This document shows positions 26,501 through 35,592 of a stretch of 49,774 nt of DNA, one piece after another. The stretch covers positions 1 to 49,774 of the forward strand of contig JBJCIZ010000346.1 of assembly GCA_051294375.1 (NCBI GenBank). Reading direction: 5' to 3'. A program made the translations under genes and the position numbers. The notes beneath the pieces were generated by a model. That model was not told where the DNA came from, did no database searches, and worked only from the letters and a program-made list of their open reading frames with translations. Numbering within the stretch: the stretch's first letter is position 1; every line of letters begins with the position of its first letter. This DNA is from Paraspadella gotoi. Lineage: Eukaryota; Animalia; Chaetognatha.

Positions 26501-28019
26501 AAATGTGAAATGAAAATTTATATGGCGAGACCCGAATTTTATACTCCCTTGCACATTGTCACACGTTCCTGAAACTCAGCGAAAATTCCGCATTTGTCAA
26601 GACGCGGCCTCTAAGTAAGAGGTACTTTTCTTAATGAGCACCTGATTGCTGGACCTGAATATTGACCCATTATTAGGAGTTTTAATGAGGTTTCGTAGAA
26701 AATGGTGACACTATCGTCGGACATCAAAGGGCTTTTTCCACCAGGTGGAAATTGACCCTGCTGACAGAGGGGCCTTTAGATTTTTCTGGTATACTGATGA
26801 AAACCAGACTGATCTTGAAGCTCATCAATCGAATGTGCATATATTTGGGGGTTCAGGCAGCCCAGGTGTCGCCATTGGGTGATAAAATATCACGCGAAAA
26901 AAATTCAAAATGAAATATCTCAAGAAGCTTTTCTCTCCATTTTTTTAGGCCTCTATATGGACGATTTGCTCAATTCTTTGGACACGCCTGAAGAGGCCAG
27001 AAAACTCCGAATTGAACTCACAGACGCCCTGAAGGCGGCGGATTCGATCTCTGCAAATGGAAATCTTCAGATCCCCGAGTTTTGGGAGATGAAGTTTATT
27101 AAAGACGAGGCCTCCTCCAATCACGACGTCGTCAGATGAACTCGTCGACGATCTTGAAAAGATGGCGGAAACACCTTGTCAGAGAATCCTACAGATGAGC
27201 ATCAAGTAAGATTTTTGGGTGTGGATTCAATACAGAGAAGACATTTTTTTATTAGAATAACAGAAAAAGTTCAAAAGGAAGCATTAACAAGACGAGATTT
27301 TTTAAAATTAGTGGCAGTGTTTATGATCCACTTGGATTCGTTGTCTCCCTATATTCTTAAAGGGAGAGCTTTTTTCAAAAGGCCACTAATGATAACTTGA
27401 CCTGGGATGATAAAGTTTCTGACGACTTTTTAAAAAATTTGGACAAAATGGAGAAAGGAAATGATTCACTTGAAAAGATTCACCTTTCCTCGCTGGACCT
27501 CTATCTCGGGTCTAGAGAAGTTGCGAAAACGCAGCTTATCATTTTTTCCGATGCCTCTCTGTTAGGTTACGGAATTGTTGCTTATTTAAAAAAGATGAAT
27601 GCAAATGAAGATGCATGTCACATTTCTCTTTTTTTATTCAAAATCCATGTTGTGCCATTGCAAAAGCAACGAGTATTAAATTCAGGTCAAAGAAGATCAT
27701 CTTGAAAGCATGCCTCGTTTAGAATTATATGCCAGCCAGACTGGCAGCACTGGGATAACAATAGTAAGAGAATCTGGAGAAGAATTCTCAAGCATTGTCT
27801 ATGTTAACAGATTCGATCACTGTTTTAAACTGGATTAATGACTTCACCAAAAGATTTAAGACTTTTGAAAGCTTCCGACTGAAACTATACGAATTTATCT
27901 CCTATTCAGGAATGGGCCACGTCAAGGAACGAAAATCCCGCGATTTTGCTTCAAGGGGTCTTGACGCTAAAGCAAAGAATAGGTGCAATATCATCAGGTC
28001 GAAGCATGGCTTGGGCGTC

Positions 28020-28465
28020 TGAAGCTTCTGTATTTTCTAGAGCTTTGTTTAAAAGCTTGTTTAAAACTTAGAAAGCTTTCAGTAATATCTAGAGCTTGTT
28101 TAAATACCGAATAAACTCTGTGGAGAGCTTGTTTAAAGATTTCCGGAACTTGAAAAGAAAAGATAAAGATAAAGATCCAAGCAAAGCTTAAAGTTTCTAT
28201 CTTCCAGTCTCTAGTCTCAAGTCTAATCATCCTCATCTTCGTCTCAATTTTCCAAGACAAAGATGCTTCCCAAAGTTCCCGCCCCATGCCTTTTCTCGTG
28301 GGGGGCCATGGGTAAAAGAAGACATGGGTAAAAGAAAGACAAAGATATCTTCCAAGTCTCTAGTCTCAAGTCTCATCATCCTCATCTTCGTTTCTAAGTT
28401 TTCCAAGACAAAGATAGTTTTCCAGTCCTGCCATGCCTTTTCTCGCGGGGGCCATGGGTAAGAAG
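28020..28465. repeat. Short repeats AGAGCTTGTTTAAA (about five) followed by a ~115-bp direct duplication (28199-28315 / 28347-28462)
   Basis: agcttgtttaaa-like motif at ~28041, 28054, 28092 and 28125; atcttcc(a)agtctctagtctcaagtct...ccatgccttttctcg.gggggccatgggtaa occurs twice. Confidence 0.85.
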
Positions 28466-31096
28466 TCGTCCTCCAAACCTCGACTCCGGGACATCACCCA
28501 TCTTCTGGTTACGCTCGTACCTCGTCTGGGACGCTGTGGCCTTGCTCAGATGCGGCGCATTGGAAGGAAGGGAAGGGTCGCTCAGGCATCCAGTGGGACA
28601 AGCCTTCGCAGCTTTCACGCTTCTGCGTTTGGAATAAACCCAGGCACATTTTCCAATGTCTTCGCTGGTACTGTCAGAACTGTTTCGGTCCCCGGATTCT
28701 GCTCCAGAAGGAATTTCTTCTTCATGAGTCAAGAAATCTCGGAGGCGGTCTTCGTCTCTTTCGCGGCTCAAGGTGCCTCGGATCCTCACCTCTCAGCTTC
28801 AGAGAATTTCTCTTCTTCCTTCTCTCCCTTGGCCTCTCCCCGGATCTCCTCATGCCTTCCCTCCTTCCTCCAGGTTATTCCCGCCTTACACGTCTGTATT
28901 CCTTCCGCCCCCTCGTAACCAAACCTGCAAGCGTCCTCTGGCCAGCCCCTAGGGCGGCCTTTTGATCCAGCATCCCCGAATCCTCTTTCTGGATGAGGGT
29001 GGAGAATTTCCTCTTTTGCCCACCTCCCCACCCAGAAATCCCACCAACCGGGGCCTCTTGTTCTCCTGGCCTGTCACCTCCCACCGCCCCCTCCTCTTCC
29101 CTCCTCCCCCTCCTCTTCCCTCTACCCCTCCTACCTTTCTTCCACTTTCGCTTTTCCGCTCTTTTCCTCAAACTTCTACATCTTCTTTGAGTGCCTGGCT
29201 CAGCCAGGACTCCAGTCCAACACTTTCGACTTCGTCACTCAGGGCCTTCAGTCGCGTGAGCCGTCACTCTTCCTTGGAGAAATCTTGCAGTAACTGATTC
29301 CACCTTTTCGCCATGTCCAAAGCGTTGGGAATGCTTGGTCCAAATTTTTTTGCTCGCTATTGACCAGTCCTAGAAGACCGTTCACACAAAGAAGGCATTC
29401 AATGGCTCTTTGCCCTGCCTAAGCAACCTTATCGACTCTCCCTGCCGAGAGGTGGAAGACGCATGGAAATCAAGAACGTCAAACCTCGTCAAAGACCGTT
29501 TTCAAATGGAGAGCAGATGAGCCAATATTCTTAAGGGTATCCCGCGGAAGAAAGCCTCCTCACTTCCTCACCCCTTCGCAGGAATCAGCACATCTTCGGG
29601 CTGCGCGAGATTTGGTCAATATGCTAAACTCAAAGTTGCTAGGCCTCATCATTTTTGGCACAGCACCTCCCTCAACAAGCGCTCGGACAATAAGGAAGCT
29701 CATCCGAAGTTCCCTTCGCCCATCATTCCAATAGAGGATGACCCCCTTTCGTCATAAGTGAAGACTAATGATTTGCAGCCCTCGTTCTTTCCCTGAAGGC
29801 ACCGTCGCTGGAACATCAGGCCCCCCCCCTTCCCCCGGGGCGGCGGGCTTTTTCACAAAAAAAATATTTTAAGGAGAGCAGTCTTCTGTTGGAAGTCCTC
29901 TCAGGGCAGCCAAGACAACCTCAAGCTAACCCATCTCTTAAATGTCATCGCATTCCGGAAACTCCTACCGATGTTTCACCTTCTTCTGCGGGGCATTTGC
30001 ACGCATCAACAGAAATCTCCTGAATCCTGTCCGTCTAGTCGCCGTAGTGTGAGGTTCTCAGACGTTCTTTGTGGCCAGAGTGGTTTGGCCTTTTCAGTTG
30101 GGCCTCAGGCGGCAACTTTCCTGGAGCTATCAGCTTGGAGTGAGGACCAAGGAGGGCCGAAGCGCCTGATTCACGCAAGTCAAAGCCAATACTCGAAGAC
30201 AGTTCCTACCCATCCAATTCTAAAATGGGTGCTACAGGTGGATTTCACATGCTTTCAAATTGCATCGACCGTTCCACCATGCTACTTGAAGTAGCAAACG
30301 GCTTCCCAGCTAAGCCCCTTTGTCAATTGGTGTTATGGGAGTGCCCTCTGGTTCTTCGCTTTGGTGACGAACATTATCTCAGTCGTGGCTGGAGCAAAAG
30401 GTGATCCCGGACCCCTTCTCTCTCCCATAGCTCTTCATGTCTTGGTCGAAGATGGCTTGAGGTTCAGCTCTTCTCCTAAACAACTGGTATTTGGATGATG
30501 GCCTTTTTTTCTGGTGGCCCACTAATCGTACCCCGAGCTTCAAGTTGCTCCAGCAAGATGCCAAGCTGGTGCCCACAAATAGTCATTAAGGTTGAGTCAA
30601 TGACCTTTTGGAGGCCCCGACATCGCGCTTCTCTTCCTCCTTCGGACTGCCTCTCACTGAGATCATTGGACGAAGGGGTCATCCATTCTTGGCCGCGATC
30701 CCGTTGGTTGCGGCTCTTTCTGTCCAGCTTACGCCTCAAAGGAGCGGGTCTAAAACTCTCGGGCTTCTTTGGTCAACCTTGAATCCTTGGGTGACGCCCA
30801 AGTTGGCTTATGCCCTGCTTTCGCGCTGCTTTCGGAACCAATAGTTTCTTACAACCCTAAGAACTGTGCTCCTCACCCTTAGTCCAACTAGCGCATTCTT
30901 CTTCGATGAATCTCATGCTCCTCTCTCGCTTCCCATCCTTGGATGCTCGTTCTCACACTCTCAGATCTCAATGGGACCTTTCTTCTTAACCGCGTCTCCT
31001 GGGCGGCTTGGGAGATACGCAGCGCCCATGCCACAGTGCTCCGGCCTTTGTCTCCTCCTCTGCAGACCAAGTCACTCGTAGATCGACTGTTTGCCC
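28465..31096 (-). mobile_element. Unrelated GC-richer insert with a degenerate gag-like ORF
   Basis: Minus strand LLRQGKEPLNAFFV (29385-29426) resembles the capsid major homology region, followed by an R/G/E-rich linker and degenerate knuckle-like RESCEGLSHWMPER / CAASEQGHSVPD (~28525-28625). Heavily frameshifted. Confidence 0.4.
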
Positions 31097-31573
31097 TCAT
31101 CTCTATTCCAAATGCAACAAAGAGAAACTCAGAACTAAAAGTTCAAAAATGATTTCTCCAAGTCATTTATTGATACTGATATTGCATTATTCGAGGGCCG
31201 GAGGGAAGACTCAGCAATGCAAGAGATAAGAAATTATGAAGGTACCTAACATCACTCCCTTTAATTCATTCCTAAAAGTGACGGAAGTGGTAAATTCACT
31301 TATTAGGCATTATCAGAGCAACTGAAAACATGCAGGAGGCATATCCGACCTTTCCATTCTTTAAACCAATCTTTGCATATTAGTGGAAGATCAAGTGTCG
31401 ACAACATCCGATAAGAAAGCGTGAAAGGCAAAAGGCTCACAAGAAACGACAACCCGCAAAGATGGGATCTGCTTCTTGAATTTCGGGTTCAAGTCACCAT
31501 CCCATTTCGTACGACCGGAATCCGGATTGCTTTTGGTCCATAAGGTGNNNNNNNNNNNNNNNNNNNNNNNNNG

Positions 31574-32437
31574 GTGAGAAATGCTGGAAGAGGATTTAAT
31601 AATAAAAACGTCCTACTTCTGACCTGCATGGGCACAAGAGCTGTAGTTTTTGAAGTTTTAAAAGATATGTCAAGCATGTCATTAATCTCAGCAATCATAA
31701 GATTTAAATCTCGCTTCCCAGGTCTTGAACGACTTATCTCCGATAACGGAACCAATTTCCGTGGTCTCGATAACGAACTGAAGAGACAATTGAAGACGAT
31801 TCGGGAGGACGAAAAATTCTCAGAGTTTATCGCTTCAAACGATATAAGGTGGGATTTTGGGCCTCCACATACCCCTCACTGGGGGGGAGTGTGGGAGAGA
31901 TTAGTAAAAAGTACAAAAAAACACATTACGACATCCTTACCTGAAGAGCCAGACCTTGACACATTTGTTACTATTTTATGTGAAATTTCGGCAATTTTAA
32001 ATAGACGCCCAATTACTCAAGCACCAGCAAATCCAAATGAAATAATAGCTTTAAGTCCAGAAAATTTTTTATATCCTTATTTACATGCTTCAACAGCATT
32101 AACTCTACTTCCTTATACTCCTACAGTTGGTGACTCTCTCCGCGCATCATGGAAAACTGTCCGCGATACTGCAGACAAATTTTGGATTCGCTGGAAAAAG
32201 GAGTATTTAACAACCCTTAGAAGCCGAACGAAATGGACTTCATCCTCAGATCACTTTCAAATCGGGAGCGTGGTTCTCATAGAAGAAGAAAATGTTCCCC
32301 GCGATATTTGGAGAATAGGACGAATTGAAGAACTTCTTGGAGAAGAGAACCACAAGAGAGAAGCGAACGTCAAAATGGCGAACGGAAAAATAATTCGACG
32401 CCATGTGACTTCTCTCATTCATCTTGAGGTCGATTGA
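31574..32437 (+). CDS. pol: BEL/Pao integrase core and C-terminal domain, intact frame to the stop codon
   Basis: LLTCMGTRAVVFEV, ISDNGTNFRG, PHWGGVWERLVKSTK, LNRRP, FWIRWKKEYL..L..RTKW, GSVVLI, W.IGRI, RHVTSLIHLE. Confidence 0.95.
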   Translation: MRNAGRGFNNKNVLLLTCMGTRAVVFEVLKDMSSMSLISAIIRFKSRFPGLERLISDNGTNFRGLDNELKRQLKTIREDEKFSEFIASNDIRWDFGPPHTPHWGGVWERLVKSTKKHITTSLPEEPDLDTFVTILCEISAILNRRPITQAPANPNEIIALSPENFLYPYLHASTALTLLPYTPTVGDSLRASWKTVRDTADKFWIRWKKEYLTTLRSRTKWTSSSDHFQIGSVVLIEEENVPRDIWRIGRIEELLGEENHKREANVKMANGKIIRRHVTSLIHLEVD

Positions 32438-32767
32438 GTTACTCGTCATAATCAAGAGACATTTAGAATTTGAATTTGTGGGAGAAAAGTTTCTACCTTA
32501 TATTTCCTATTACTGTCAGTTACTTTTCTTATTTCAAAAACCATAAATTATTTAAAATACATCATTTATTAATTATATTAATAACACAATTGGGAACAAA
32601 CATATTGAATCATTGATAAATTTTACACATGTTCATTTGACATTTATCTTGGTTGATAAAAACTATTGTTCAAAAAACGATTCAATAGTAAACATTGAAA
32701 CGAGCACTCATCTATTTCAATTAAATTATTTTATTGAATTTCTTCTTATTAACCTCACCAGATGAAC

Positions 32768-34623
32768 CTATTTCAAGAGCAATTGATAGTATGTCAACAG
32801 AGCTTCAATTGTACTTACCTCCTGCCTTTGGATATATATCTTTTGTTTGGTCCCGTCATTTCCTTACTTGGTTCTGCATATATGTTACCATTTGCCACCT
32901 ATTAAACATAAATGTGATTATAAAAAAATCACAACTCTGTAGTGCATCTTTGACTAGAATGCCCAAATGCTCTCTTCTCATCTCATTAAGATAGTCCACG
33001 CTGATTACTTGATGTTAAATTATTGTCAAACGAGTCACTGATGAAGAGAACAATTAGAAAATAATAAAAATTAGACCTATTTGCATTTAATCATCTGGCC
33101 AAGCATTCCGCGATTTCGTTTCTGTAACCTGAACAAAAGAGAAATTAAAATATTCAAACGATTCTACCCTTTTACCTTTAAAATTGTTTGATCTCATCCA
33201 TGATGAGTGAGTTCATTGACTTAGTGATCATTGAACGGGAAGTCACGAGCCCACCATCGTCTCCATCAAATCGCGAAGTCCTCGTCGCGCCGTCGAGTTC
33301 CGCGTCGATCCGAAAGCTCAAAGATGACGATATCATTGAGGTGATCGAAGTGAAGACGTGGGCGCCGCCTGAGTCAAGCTCGTCGAATCCGAGGACGATC
33401 TGTCCATAGTCCTAACGAAAATCCAATTCCGTGACGACGAAATCCAATTTCGTGACGACAATCCAAATCCGCGACAATAATGATAAGCAATCCCATGGTG
33501 ATCCGAAGTCTTACCTGGCAACGATCCTCACAAATGCTCTGAATGAAACGACGATTCCTTTGATAGCCGCTGAAGATCCCGAAAGAAACTAAATAAAAGA
33601 TTAAAAAATTAGTAACATTGAAATCGAAAACTTACCTGTTTGTAACGGAACCGGATTGTGGTATTATTTTTTTTTTTTAAAGTAAAAAACTATTAACATT
33701 GCAATACATAACCAATGTATACCTATGTATTTTTGTAACTTACCTTCTCTCATCACACATCAAAGCAAAATCTTTCAGACTATGCACGTGAAAATATTTT
33801 TTTTGGCTACCCACTTACCTCGAAGATTTTCTCTTGAGGAGATAAGAAGCGGGAAGATGCACTGGTCCTGCAGATCCAAAATTATTAAACAGCTTCTTAA
33901 ATGAAACCTCAAAGCGTGGACATTTAATTATGATTCCTCAAAATTGAAAAAGAAAAACTGGAAAATTTTTATTATTGCTATTGTTATTGCATAATTTGTC
34001 ATTCATTGTCCATCTTGTTCAGTTTGTTATGGAAATATCTGAATAACAATATTGGAGGCAGTGGGTTCGTGGGCACTCACAACTCACTTATATTCAAGGA
34101 CTCGTATATAAATGAAATCAACTACCGAAAACCCAACTCCGCGTAAGAAACTCTCGAACAGATCGATTGCAGCCATCGAGAGATTTGATGGGAAAAAAAT
34201 TAACATTGAATCCGGAAAAACGGATCCAGTTCAAGGACGAAAACCTTATCTCGCACCTTGGGCAAAATATAAAAACTATGCAAAATGCCTCTGCAAGATT
34301 ATGAAAGAATTAATCATCTTTAAAATATGTATTGCTTTATTCATGTCTCTGTTTGGCCATTGTTTGGTTGATGTCTATTATTTATTGAATCAACTCACCA
34401 CTTACCTTTTCCAGGAGTCATTCCAAAAATAAAGTGCGATTGCACTCAATTCAAACTTTAATCTGCGATCTTTCACGAACTCAAAATTCATCCAGTTTAT
34501 CACGGCTTAAACTCAAATTAAATTCAACAAACGGCCAATTCGCGGTTCCATCGACTTCTTAGGTGAGATCCAAATCAAACTTACCTGAAAATAAAAGGAT
34601 TATTATGAAACATTTATACTTAC
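32768..34623 (-). other. Putative antisense multi-intron transcription unit inside the element (copy D; homologues ~2870-4660 on + and ~43405-44860 on -)
   Basis: Minus-strand GT-AG intron candidates 34585-34623, 34291-34405, 34039-34087, 33780-33818, 33690-33743, 33589-33635 and 32768-32818; donors GTAAGT/GTGAGT; TACTAAC branch motif in the copy-E homologue (43984-43990). Confidence 0.65.
33188..33566 (+). CDS. Small acidic/Ser-rich hypothetical ORF (~125 aa across indels) with IQFRDDE repeats
   Basis: ORF 33188-33409 joins the copy-E ORF 43734-43946; in-frame 21-nt repeat. The opposite strand is also largely open, so the strand is uncertain. Confidence 0.35.
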
Positions 34624-34627
34624 CAGG

Positions 34628-35012
34628 ATGATGAACAACCACGACCTCATGTGGAATAACGTTGAGCAATTGAATCTCTCTCTTGACATTGAGGGCGATG
34701 AGTTTGCTTCCATATTTTCAGCAAACTCTCTCCATGAAGTCCTAGACTGTGCCGACCCAAACGATGTGGCCGGGTTCAACCGCCAGGACCCGCTGAACCT
34801 GAACATTCCCATTCCTCCCCTTATGGATCAGCCGGAAGTAAGTGAAAATCCAATGAAATTTATTACTTTGGTTACACACAATTCACTTACCCAACATATT
34901 TAATTCAGCCAACTTTCCACGAGCGACAACCTTCCGCCAAAAACACGCTTGAAGACTCCACTTCCGATGAAGGAACCCTACCCTACGAAGTTCCACCTAC
35001 CCCCAAAACTCC
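34628..35012 (+). CDS. Accessory ORF3, exon 1 (34628-34837) and start of exon 2 (from 34909) in copy D
   Basis: Removing the phase-0 intron GTAAGT...TTCAG (34838-34908) joins MMNNHDLMW...LMDQPE in frame to PTFHERQPSAKNTLEDSTSDEGTLPYEVPPTPKTP. Confidence 0.7.
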
Positions 35013-35592
35013 TCCATCTTTATGCTTCTTTTTTCGAAAAGAAGACGGACGGACTTCTTCGCTTTTCGCACTTTTTTCCGTTTCGGCTGCGACGTTGATA
35101 CGGGAAGAGGATACCAAACGGAACTGCTCAGAAGATCGACAACGAGGATTTTGAAGAGGGTCTTTAACAATACATTGACGTTTCGTCCTTTGTCGTCGTC
35201 GTCCGTTGGCATTGCCGTGAAGGAATATGGGAGGAGGGGGACAGTTTTCATCTTGATAATCACTCGGGTTGACGATGAGGCCCGAAATGATTGAAGACGA
35301 AAAACGAACGAAATCGATGCCGCCGTCTCTTTGCAACGCGGGGCCAGTTTTTACGACACGTCTATGATCATTCGTCGCCACCCTCACGAAGAGGGTTACG
35401 TCGGGACGAAATTTCCATTAAGTCCAGAAGTTCCGAAACGATGAACCGGAATTTTTCCTCGTTGGAGTAAGCGAGGAGACTTAAATGGTTGTTACAGTTT
35501 GATGTGTCGATTTTCCAATCAACGCATCGGGAATTGGAGGAAGCTCCGCGTACTCGGAAGGTCGGAAAGGAATCGTGCTTTTAGGTTGGGCG
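35013..35592 (-). repeat. Inverted ~580-bp piece of ORF3
   Basis: Reverse complement of ~45316-45872; abuts a 100-N gap. Confidence 0.9.

Larger units (their letters stand above)
24850..35012 (+). mobile_element. BEL/Pao copy D: gag core to accessory region, interrupted by unrelated DNA at 28023-31096
   Basis: Knuckles ~25360-25555, DSG 25681, GLYMDDLL ~26950, RNase H to ~28020, integrase 31100-32437, accessory region 32438-35012. Confidence 0.9.

Noticed and set aside
34112-34432. Hydrophobic C-terminus of the 106-aa plus ORF as an env/transmembrane protein
   Set aside because: The hydrophobic part overlaps an AT-rich antisense intron candidate and the frame is not preserved in copy E.
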